This document shows, piece by piece, positions 1-11,100 of a stretch of 64,000 nucleotides of DNA (within the stretch, counting starts at the first letter, position 1; the number at the start of each line of letters is the position of its first letter). The position numbers were made by a program, and so were the translations under genes. Source of the DNA: Klebsormidium nitens (Eukaryota > Plantae > Klebsormidiophyceae). The notes beneath the pieces are model-generated. The model was not told where the DNA came from. It did no database searches and saw nothing but the letters and a program-made list of their open reading frames with translations. The stretch spans positions 226,938 through 290,937 of the forward strand of contig DF236959.1 in the NCBI GenBank assembly GCA_000708835.1, read 5' to 3'.

Positions 1-140
1 ACCAGATTGTTGGCAGTACATCATCTGGCTTCACTGCAAGCATGTCGATCGAAAACAAATATGACAGCTCGCTGAACCCTGTTGCGTCAGGTTCAAAGTT
101 TCGTTCGAAAACGGGAGTCTCCGAAGGTGGCTGAACTTAC

Positions 141-1927
141 TGCAGAGGAAAACTTCTGCGCCTCAGAGTTCCCGTACTCCTTCTCCATGACCTGGCTGAC
201 ACCGTCCAGCATGGCGCCAGTCAGCGCCCGGGCCTGCAGAACGCAGATGGTGTCAACAGCCTTCCCCAGTTATCTAAAAAGCAAGTGCTTTGCTCTGCAA
301 CGCATTGTTCCAAACCCTGTAAGCTGATGAGACTTTGTGCAGGAAAACGGTTGCACGGTGTTGCCACAGATATGAGCTGGACCAGCATAAGATTATGAAT
401 AAATTGAACATGCTTCTGCTACATAAGCTATGCATTCAAAACCAGTCTTCTAAACTGAGCTGTCCACACGTTCAAAACAATCCAAGACCTTCCCAATAAC
501 CTGCGGTTTGGTCGCGAATCAAGTTTTTCGTGAGGCCTTGCAATCTTGATAAACTTGAAGTTTTGCAATATCAGCCTCTGAAGCACTCCAAACATATAGA
601 ATCAGGCGTTCCCCCATCATCAAAATGGTAAGCTACTCAAGGACCCCAAACTATAGTAAAAGCATCCGGGCACGCCTCCATCGCGTCAGTGGGCGGGTAT
701 ACAAAAACATGCCTTCTAGTGGATTCTCTAGGATGACTGCAGCAAATGGTAGGATCGAAAACGAGCTGTCTCACCTCCTTCTCATTCAACCCCAAGTGCC
801 CAACTAGACTGCCAATGATGTCTTCCTCCGGAGCGGGGGGGCTGCCGCTTTTCTGCAAGGCAGCACATGGGCGCAGAGACTGGCGTCGTGGCTGCTTCAG
901 AGATGGTCTATGTGAACCTGGAAGGGTGCGCCCAGAGAAAGCCGGCACTTCCTCTGATGGCAAAGTGCGGTGGTCCTTCGTGAGGTAGGCTGACGGAGAG
1001 GTAGCTGCGAGACAGAATAGTGTGAGGTTTCGTATTCTTATTATGTACCAAGCTGCGTGACTCATATCACCAGGTGCTTCAGCATCGGAAGGCTGTTCTC
1101 ACCAATATCTTCCCATCGATATCTTGAAAGGAGGGGCCTCATGTAAACTTAGACAGGGCAACTTGATCAGAAGAATCCAAGATATGACTTGTTTTATAAA
1201 TGGATGTAACAATCAAAAGGAAGGGGTTGCAAAATACTGCCACCCAATTCCCACTAACAAGCAGGTAATCGTCACTCTGCACAAAACATTCTTGATTCTG
1301 CCAGCTCCACACAGAGACAGAGTCCCACTGGAAATGTTCAGAGAACTGGACCTGGCCATTCCCAAGCTCACTAACCAATTGCTGTGAATCACAGGTTCTG
1401 CGAAGTTTGAATTGAAATTGATGGGCCTTTCTGAGATCCAACGTAAAGGGCGCTGACAAGGATTCTGGTCAATGAAGGCAACAACAATTACTTTGAGTCA
1501 AACGAACAAAGTGATGGGCAGCAAGAAGTGGAGTGCAGAGGAAAAATCATGCATGCACTTGTGGGACACTGCCAAAGCTTCTATGAAACATTTCCTGTAC
1601 AGGGCATTCAAACCTTGGGATTTGTAATGTTGAAGTCCGTATGGAGTCCTTCACCTGCTGCAATTTCTACTTTTGACACGCACATGTGCATGCAAGTCTT
1701 TCACCAGTGATCCCGCCATGTTGAATCACGGTGAAAAAACCAAAAAATGAGGGCACAGCAAGCAAAACGTAGATAGTGGCTTTTCCGCTGGAGCACTCAC
1801 CCAAAACTGGCTGATGCGTGCATGCAGAATGCTGGTGGTCAAATCTGGTCTTCACAGCTGATCCGCCACTGCTATGCAGAAGAGATGCAGCTGCGCCTGG
1901 TTGCCGGAGAACACGAGAGGTCGCCAT
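141..1927 (-). CDS. Partial multi-exon gene (3' end beyond the window start): transit-peptide-like N-terminus followed by a small helical domain, possibly DUF2780-like
   Basis: Exons 1801-1927, 775-1004 and 141-233 join in phase with GT-AG: MATSRVLRQPGAAASLL...PEEDIIGSLVGHLGLNEKE|ARALTGAMLDGVSQVMEKEYGNSEAQKFSSA|. Domain identity is only a recalled resemblance. Confidence 0.6.
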
Positions 1928-2291
1928 GACTTCGAACCGAACCCGTACCTGAAGCTACCTCTTCCTGAAGGGGGCAATCAGAGCGCTGTCCTTCCACCCT
2001 CCGCCAAGTCTTTGGACTCTGAACCTCAATGACGAAGGAGCCAGAGAATGCAAGAACTCTGCTGCAATATGAGCAGTGAGCAGTGACTCTGAGCACAATT
2101 TGGTCTAGGACTACCGTATGACTCTTGAGGACGTCCAGAATTGCGTGGCATCGAAGTCTGAAATGGTTGTGCTGGCAGCAGGTAGCTCTGAACCGTCCGT
2201 CGTGAGTTCCTCTTTTATCGACGACAGGGAGCAGATTGTCATATCCACGTGATCCACGTGGGCGTACACGCGCGGCAGTTCGGAGCTCATA

Positions 2292-2765
2292 GGGTATTCG
2301 CACCTAAAAGATTTCAACTTTTCTTGTGGATCTTTTCTTGCCGCTTTTCTTGTGAAAACGGCCAGAAAAGGCAAGAAAAGACCGGTTATTCGCACCGGGC
2401 TGTACCCTGCTCAAGTCTTTTCTGCCCGGCCCAACAGCGGTGATCTGACGGGTGGAAATGGCTTTTATTTAAGCACCGGACGGCGTCGATGATATCCGAA
2501 GTCGACCATACGCAAGTGGATGGCATAAGCTATGTGTCGCACAAGAACCGGCAAGAAAAGCCGCCACAAGATAAAGTTGCCGCCGGCCGGTCCATTTTCT
2601 TGTGCCCGAAATGGACAGAATCGGCGAGAACTCGCAAGAAACCCGCGAGAAAAGAACAGATCGGCCGGAAAATGTTAGGTGCGAATACCCTATCACAGTC
2701 CAGAACTCGCAAGAAAGCCGCGAGAAAAGAACAGATCGGCCGGAAAATGTTAGGTGCGAATACCC
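2292..2765. mobile_element. MITE (non-autonomous DNA transposon), TA target site, with a duplicated right end
   Basis: TIR GGGTATTCGCACCTAA at 2292-2307; its reverse complement ends at 2690 and again at 2765. TA flanks all three ends (2290-91, 2691-92, 2766-67). Imperfect subterminal inverted repeats at about 2315-2355 and 2539-2579. No coding capacity. Confidence 0.8.
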
Positions 2766-3585
2766 TATCAGAGTCCAGTTTCCAATCAGGCTACCGTACT
2801 CGAAGCTTGTTACGATAGCCTGTAGAGAGTCGGATTCACCGTGGATTCGTATGGAATCCACCTAACTAGGTAAATTACCAGGCTTGTTCTGCACTTCGAC
2901 ATGGGTATGAGCAAACCCTGACTCTTGCTCGAATGTAAAACAGTTTCAGCAACTAACAGAACGTGGCCAAGGGACAAGAGTGTGACGTTGCCGTTGCCAG
3001 TTTCAAAATGATCTTGAAGACAGTTGCACCATTTACTGCTTAGTTAGCTTTTCGTGATAGGAGGCATCGCAAACATTTCGGTCGTCAAATGCAGATGTGT
3101 GATCGTCACAAAGCAGGAGCATCATCCCGATTTAAACGGGGTCTTTCCAGATATTGTAAAACATCGCTTTGTGCAGATGCAACAATGCGATCTCGAAGTG
3201 CGAGTTTCGTATCTGCTACTGCCCTTGTTGCGGCCATCGCTTCAATCGCTTGTTCAGTTTCGTTCTTGGCTTTCGTACAAGAATGCAAGCAGTAATGAGC
3301 TCTTCCTGATCCTGCTAGCGGGTGAGCCTCACTCCTCAAAGCACTTTGTTTCTGGCCCTCGGGCCAGCCCTCAATCGTAGATCTGGTTGTTGCCGCGCAA
3401 GCTAGACCCCCTTGGCCCAAGTCGGACCAGTCAACCCGCTGTTTAGCGGGCAAAGTTTACAACGCATTCGACGCTTGCCTTCGCCTTCCATCGACTCCCT
3501 ACTTTTCCATCAAAGCTCACAAAGCAATATTAGGACGGTGCTTTCCTCTACTGCACCCTTCCCCATCTCAAATCGAACTCTAAAC

Positions 3586-6500
3586 CTAGCGCTTCTTGAC
3601 CGACAGCTTGGACGAGATCTTGAAGCGCTTCTTCTCGCGCTTGTCCTTCTCCCACTTGGTCGTGTGCGCCTCGCAGAATGCGAGCACGATGTCCCGCCCG
3701 TGCTTGTTTCGCCGGTACTCGATCGCAAACCCGCGCGCCTGCCCGCACGTGACGTGGAACCACCTGAGTCGAGAGTGTTAGCAATGTGGATTAACTAGGT
3801 TGGTTATGGCAGTCGCAGTTACCATATCTCAGGTTGAGCAGATCTGAAGTACAATAACGCGACCCTATTACCACGTCACCTTAGAATCTTTTTCGTGATG
3901 CAGCCAACGCCCGTGGGACAAGGGAACCGGTAAGAGTGATTACTTTCTTGCACAGTAGTGGACGAAAGCAGTCTTCGATCGCAACTTACAATGGAAGTGA
4001 AAAACGACTGCGCCAGTCGTCAAGCTTAGGAGAATAACATCCTCCTGTTGATTACTGCAGCCGGACAAACGGTTCAAGGTGGCTTTAGGCTTTGAGAAGC
4101 TTTGCAGCTCTGTAGATTCTTTGAATTCAGACATCTTCTGGAAGCGTATTTCGCCTATACATCTCGTGCGTACACCGCGCTGACGAAGCATTGCCTGTCT
4201 CTCAGCTTCAACTAGGGAGACAAATCGGAATGGCACTGCTCTTCCCCAGCCGTTGCTTTTCAAGAATCTTCAAGGTTCGACCAATCTACGACTCGTTTCC
4301 CCCAGCCTTTTAAGCAGGTGTATAATTGATGCAAAGGTGGCCCGCATGTTTTCCCGGCCCGACTAAGATGAAGAGCATTCACTGTCGATTCCGGCTAACT
4401 CAGAGAGCTCCCTCAATCAAGCGCTCCCTAACAGCCTGAGACGTTGCGGTCTGCAAGCCACAACCCTTCTGAAACTGAAGTCAGAAGCCCTTCTGGGAGA
4501 TTCTGGGAGGCCCGAAGGCAAATCACTTCCAAAAGCGAAACCTACAGTAATTTCTCAAACCGCATAAAGACTGAAACATCGAAAGACGTCGAGCGGCCGC
4601 CTACCTGTCGCACCCCGTCTCGGTGCAGTGCACGCACGCGCCGTGCCACTCCTCGCACACGTGGCACAGCATGCGGAACCGGACCCGGGGCACGTGCAAC
4701 GTGTGCACGTAGTCGTTCCCGTTCGGACCGAGGAAGAAGACCTCCGGGATGAAGAAGCCGCAGCTCAGGTGGGCCCACTGCCAATCAGTGGTACGTTTCA
4801 TGGCGCCCCCCGCGGAGGGACAGAGAGAGCAGCGGGGGGCCGAGGGGGAGGGGTGCTCGCACCGCTCACAGAGCCACGTGCCCTGTTGGAAAAGGGGACG
4901 GGGCAATGAGTTAGGCTTTTGTGCACTGGGGAGGAGGTATCAAGACATCGTGTCTGCAGGCTTGGCTCTTGTCCGCTTCAGAGAGGGCGGGAAGGAGAAG
5001 GAAGAAGCCATGCGTTGGATGTGGAGGGGTCAGAGACGATGATTGTTTGTGGAAACGAAGCTTTCGAACACAGTGGGCTTAGATTTGCCCTGGGCGGGCC
5101 CAGAAGATGGTCAAAGGCGTAGGCGTTGCGCGGGTGCGAACGCCCAGTCAATGCAGCCATAATTGTGGAGTGTCAGTGATGGAAAGCAGGTTGGGTAGCG
5201 CAATCAGGGGTCCGGGAATGCTCGAGGGAAACCGCTTTCAAATGAGAGGTTGGTGGCGAGGGTGCTCAAAGAGATCTGTGTTCAAGCAGCGCTTACTTGA
5301 GCAGATGATATTTGGAAGTAAGGAGGTCGAACAGCTTTGCAGGTAAGAAAAAATGGATAGTGTCTTTGCTGAAAACCTGATGTTTTCAGACTTTGATTAC
5401 AGCATACCGTACGGTAACACCGATATATGAGCAATACTCCTGCAAGCCCCACAGGACAGACGTATATACCAGCTTGTTCCAAAAAGGTTCAGACAATCAA
5501 TCGCATCTTCCACAGAAATGAATCTCTGCAACGAAACATGCACCCTACTCACACCTTTGATTTGGAAGTGCGACATTTTGACTTCGGTTGCCAACAAGAT
5601 CTGCTAGTGGTCCAGAAAAGGAGACAATGTGTGGAGTAATAGAAAACTGTCAAAATTCTGACTTTGTAACGCTGAAAGTATATTAGAGACACCAAACTTA
5701 CCTCAGGGACCTCCCTGCTGAGGGGGTAGCCGTAGCAGCTTGGGTGCACTGCGAGGTCGCACCCGTCGCAGAACACAATTAGGTTCTCTGCAAGTATGAA
5801 TTAACAATCATGTGAGCGGGCGCTTTGGAGAGTTGACATTATATCTTGTGATTGTAACGGGCAACAGAAACATAGGGAACCTCAGGACTAAGGCACAGGA
5901 GCTGTGCATAGGCTGAGCGCTTGATTGCCTAGATGCATCATCATCAATGTGAGACTTTGTGGTCTCATGGCCGCCATGATTGATAGAAACTTCCGTGGTG
6001 GTCTTGTGACATCCTTTCATTGCAGCTCTTCCAACATGTGTCGTCCTTTTGTGCCCAACAAATATCTTTCTGACTACCGTATGCAACGCACCTGGCGGTA
6101 AGGTTGGAATAGGAACATATCCCTTTTTACAGCAACCTCAAGCTGTCAAAGAGCGGAGCCTTCAGCCGGTCCGGTAGAAGGCATCTCTGGTATGCGGTCT
6201 ACGCCAATCTAGTTGAAGCAGCTTTGTTATGCGGACCCAGCAATTGCTCTTACCTCCTTCCTTATCATGACAGATGCAACACTCTGCCGCTTCCTCCTCG
6301 CCGGCCCCTGCCTCCTCCAACCGCAGTCCCACCGACGGCAGCACTCGCTGCGAAACCCCGTTGGTGGTGGTCGAAGGGCTCGGCAATGCAACATGCCCCT
6401 GGCACGGAGACGGCGTGTCCGGGAATGCGAGCTTCTCCTTTCGCGCCGTAGTTGGGGTGCTATTCTGACCCTGCTTCCGGATTGTTGTCGACGCACCGGG

Positions 6501-6917
6501 AGTCTGAGCGTGGGGTGTCCGAAACTGGTCCTGAAGCGTCCGAGTGTGGTTCTGGGGTGTCCGAAAGGAGTCTCGAGGCGTCAGAAAGGTTGAGTCACGC
6601 TGCCCTCCTGTGTCGTGGGAAGAGCTGAGCCTTTCGTGCTTCCTGCTTGGAGTCGAGATGGACTCCATGTGCGGAGTCCTGGGCACTTTGAAGAGGAACT
6701 GCTGAAGGAGAGGGTCAGGAGGGGAGCTCTGCGCATCAGAGGTTGGGGTTACTGGCAGAAGACTTTGGTCGTTCCGCATCTTCGGGGGCTTGGCTTTGGG
6801 AGTCTTGAAGACTGCATCACCAATGCTTTGAGCCGGCAGGCGGAACTGTGTCGAGGAAGGAGTAGGATCCTGAGGTGCGGGCTGATTGACTGGCCTCTCA
6901 GCCAAGACTCCTTGCAT
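3586..6917 (-). CDS. PHD finger + extended PHD (zf-HC5HC2H, PZP-type) chromatin reader, about 401 aa
   Basis: Exons 6254-6917, 5702-5787, 4605-4882 and 3586-3763 (1206 nt, in frame). Motifs: [57 protein letters not shown], CHVC...GACVHC...CDRWFHVTC...FCEAH, as in BRPF/Jade/NTO1-type PZP modules. Confidence 0.9.
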
Positions 6918-8169
6918 GGTTTACGCCTGCGCGAGAACAAGCCAGCTGTCAACCCACTGTACCACTTAGCCTCCCCACCTTCTCACACTCCGTCTTACAC
7001 TCCGTTGATCAGCTCAAGCAGCTTCATTGAGTCTCCTTCAAGTAGAATGAGCTTTTGAGGGTGTCTTTCAGAAGAGAATAGTATCTGCTGGTGTTGGCAC
7101 CCGCACACTTCAATTATAACGTGCAATTATTCGCACTGCCACTTTGCGAAAATACCCTAGCGACGCCTGGCGGTAGTTTACTGGAGCTCTCTCTGGTAAG
7201 CCACAGTATTGTCCTCCCTCATCAGGCGCAATCACCAAACCACCTCTCAGGCTCTCACCAGGACTTTCCAATGTCAAATGCTGCTTCAATCTTCTCTTAT
7301 TCGGTGCTTCGGTGCTTCCCGATCGGGACTCAAGAGTCAGAAACAGAGTCTGGACTCTGCAGACTGCACAGTGCAGAGTCGACGGAAAAGGCACTTTTGA
7401 AATTTTAAAACATGGCGCGAGATTCAAATGCCAGCTCCTTATGTCATGCTGCCGTCCGATGAACCGTCTTCGACGTAGACGCTTCCAAGTAGGTATCGGC
7501 TACCCGCCAGAGTCAAGTCGCGGGTGAATCTGACAAGTTTCGGGAGGTGACCTATCGGTCACAAAAAAGGCGATGCCACCTCCGCTTTTTGACGGCCACA
7601 GGTCGCACGCGACACTGGCCTGTCCTGATTTATTACGAATTGGCCGGGCATCGCGGGTTCAAATCCTGGCCGCGCCGCCTTGCAGTGCATGAGTTGTTTC
7701 TTTTTCGTGTGTTACCCTCCGAGCCTTCCAGTGTTGGCTATTTCATTGTATCATTGCAGGAATATGTGGATTGACTGGATTGAGGTTACTGCTTCACTGC
7801 TTTGACGATCTAACTAACTGGGATCCATCAGTTGAAAGGGCTCCATTAAGTTCAAGTTGCACGCACGTTGCCCGATCTGGAGTCACATCAGTGAATTTAG
7901 TGATGATTCATGATGTCGGGTGCGAAAACGGCAGCCTCGAGCGGCACACCATTGTTGCTCGTACCCCCCAGCTGGCAGTCCAAAAGCGTGCCACCTGGCG
8001 AGTTGCCAGCTGGCACCCCCAACGGAAGGGATCGCGCAGCGGAAAGAGGATTGCGTTCGCAATTTGCAGCGTGCTTTTTCAGAATTTCAGCATTGCCCAC
8101 CTCTCGTCCTCCATGGCTCAGTCTGACTTCTCCAATCACTGGTAAGATCTAGGCATCCTTTGCTCTGCC

Positions 8170-11100
8170 ATGGGCCAATCTGGTGTAGCCGTCGCGGCTC
8201 CCTTTGGCGCCTCTCAGATGGCCACATTGTCAGCTCTCGAGAGCAGGGTTGACATTTCCATTGGCGCCGCCGCTTGCAGTCAAACCTTTCTGTGTCAGCA
8301 ACGTTCTTCATCAAAATGCTGGACGGCTAAGAATGTAAGGATCTCAATTGCTGGCTTCTATGGGCAATTACAAACTCGTTCACTCAAAGGAAGAAAGGAC
8401 GTTTGTAAGCAAACGTTGGTGCAATGTGGTGGTAGGGGCTACACAGACTATAAGCAACTGCCCAGTAGAGATCTGGGGAAAAGAAAGAGGTCAAGTAGAC
8501 AATGCTTTGCTAGTGCTGAATCGGGGCTGATTGGAGCTGTTGCAACCGCCCCAGCGCAGCAAGAGCAGCTGGAAGGGGGCGCAGCAATAGGCGAGCAGAC
8601 TTTCACACTGACAAAAGAGCAGATCAATCAGGTGAGTTGAGCGGAAACTGGAAAGTTCTGAACAGAGGCAGCAGGATCTCAAATCTCTACATTGTCTGGA
8701 AGCAGGCTGAAGGGGCTTTCTGTGCTTTGCTGAAAATGAACAGTAAACATAAAGACGAGAGACGTTTTAGCAGAAGCTAGTGAGGTTCCCACAAGGCGGC
8801 GTCTGTTTCCCTCGAGCGGTTGATACTGTGAAGTCACTGGTCCAGCGGATAGCTGTGCTGGGTACCTGAGGTGGTATTCGACACAAGCTGCTGCCAATGT
8901 GCAACCCCTCTCAAATTGCCAACAACTTTGACAGAAGCCTGTTGAGGACCTTGGCGGCCAATCACCTTGATAAGCTTGAGTGCAGCTTGGCAGAGCTTCC
9001 TGGTCAAGTTCTTTGTCGACTTTGGACCCATGACTGGCTCGGAGCAAGTTCCTCGGCACGTGTGGTAGCTGTAGTCCATGGTACCAGGAGATCTGAAATG
9101 CTTGGGCCGCCAGAGTACGGTGTATCCAGAAGCTTCTCCCTTTGCCCTTGTTTGACCCCAAGCTTTTCGTTTCATCCACTTTACACCTAAATCTGCTACT
9201 GTGTTCAAGCCATTGCAGCTTCTCATGAGGCCTTTCTTTGTACTTGTTTTTGTGACGGAAGACCACATCAGTACCAACACTTGAACCAGGGACCAGCTCT
9301 AAACCTTCAAGCAGCTCATCGTTTCTTCAGCCGGCGAGCCTAATCATGGTCAGGATTCACGAAACCAGCGACAAAACCGGACCAGAAAAAAACTTACCCC
9401 AACTGCCGTCCCTTGAGAGAACTTGTGAGCATGATAATCTGCTTCAACTGCATTAAATCGAAGGCTAGCCACTCCCGCTTGACCGAGTATTGCTCCTTCT
9501 ACAGACCCGACTTGCAACCCGCCCTTACCTGGACTCTGTCTTGGCCAGCCCCGAGCGCCGGCCAGAATGCACCCCATACCTGCTACAGCATCCCCCCGGG
9601 GCGCAAGTCCGAGGGACCGTCCTCTTGTTTCATGGCTTTACTGGCACTCCAAAGCAGGTGGGCTCTGATTGCTTCCGTTTTAGACCCTTGTTTTTCGGGC
9701 AGATTTCAGAACCAAGAAAAAACTGCACTGTGAGTCCGACTGAAAGGTGCACTGAGAGCAAGGGACTCAAAAAAGGTCGACATCGATCAAGATAGGCTTC
9801 GAGGTTGAAGCGATTCGAGTTTTGTGGAAGAGAACCACGAAACAATTCTGAATATAAGTAATGCTTTTTCCAGGACATTAAAAAAGTTGACGCCACTACT
9901 GTTGACCGCATCTGGCAGTCCACAGATGAACTCTTTATCCTTCTTAAAGTGCGTTCAGAGGCGTGAAGTGTCTCCACATCTCGTTGCAGATGTCTGTGCT
10001 GGCACGGTACCTCTTTACCGCAGGCTACAACGTGTACAACCCTTCCCTTGCGGGCCAATGCTATGCGGACACGGACAGGTACTGGCCACGGGTGAGTCCT
10101 CGTTCAACCGTCAGTAATTGCTCACAGTCAGTCCTGTCAAGATTAACACAGCGTCAGGAGCGCATCCGCGGTTTAATGACTACATGGCTCTCCAAGCAAA
10201 AGGGAGCAGTCAGAAATGTTATGACTCCTCCATACTGCTCCAAGAGGAAGTATCCGAGAGACTCAATCGAGGCCGAACGTCAGCTCCACGTCACTTGTTT
10301 GCCAAGAATCGGAAACCCTCGAAAGCTCAATCGCACAATCTGGCTTGGCTTCTCCAACCTGCTCGGACAGCGCTTTGCGCAACTTAACTCTGCGTGTCTC
10401 CAGTCGCCCTCCCGAAGCCCCCTTTCTCGCTTTCGTCGCGCTCATTCCTCAATCTGATTCACGAGACCGGTTACCTGTGATGTATAAGACCGTCCGAAGG
10501 GCTTCTTCGATGCACTGAGATACGTTCATCATGCGCTCGAAGAGGACAAGCACTGTTGCTTTGAATGTTGCTCCCCGCCACTACTCTTCAACGCTGTGGC
10601 CAGCTTCTGTGGTTGATCAAGTCTGCTTGTCTCTTTTGGACAAATCGATGGTACCACGGAGCTCTAGCTGCCCTATCTGTCCAAAAACGGTCACCTTCAC
10701 TTGGGTTTCATGACCACAGAACGGTCAAATCAAAAGCTACCACTGTTACCGTAGACGTCCAAATAATCTCGAATTCTGTTGCCCCCAACAGGATAGACTG
10801 ACCGCCCCCCCAGCTTTGCCGCCACGTTCGCCAGGCTTTCTGTGTACTTGAACCAAATGACGCCAACCAAATGACGCAAACCAAATGACGCAAATCTCGT
10901 CATCTCCCGCAAACAGGTCGACCTCCGGTCCGAGTTCTACGACCCCGTCGCGGCCGCGGCCGCGCGCGACCCCGCGCTCCGCAAGTTCTTCGCGGCGCTC
11001 GGCGCGGTGGGCGCGGCCGCGCCCGACGAGCGCCCGCCCGAAACCCCAAACCTCGTCGAGATGGCGGGCGTCGTCGCCGCGCTGCTGCGGCTCCGCCCGG

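Noticed and set aside
2841-2869. Helitron 3' end (8-bp hairpin GTGGATTC/GAATCCAC followed by CTAG)
   Set aside because: The base after CTAG is G rather than T, and I could not identify a matching 5' TC end; a chance hairpin is plausible.
3106-3453. 115-aa minus-strand ORF with a helical-looking C-terminal half
   Set aside because: No motif, and no convincing splice partners to either neighbouring gene. It may be an eroded fragment but cannot be supported.
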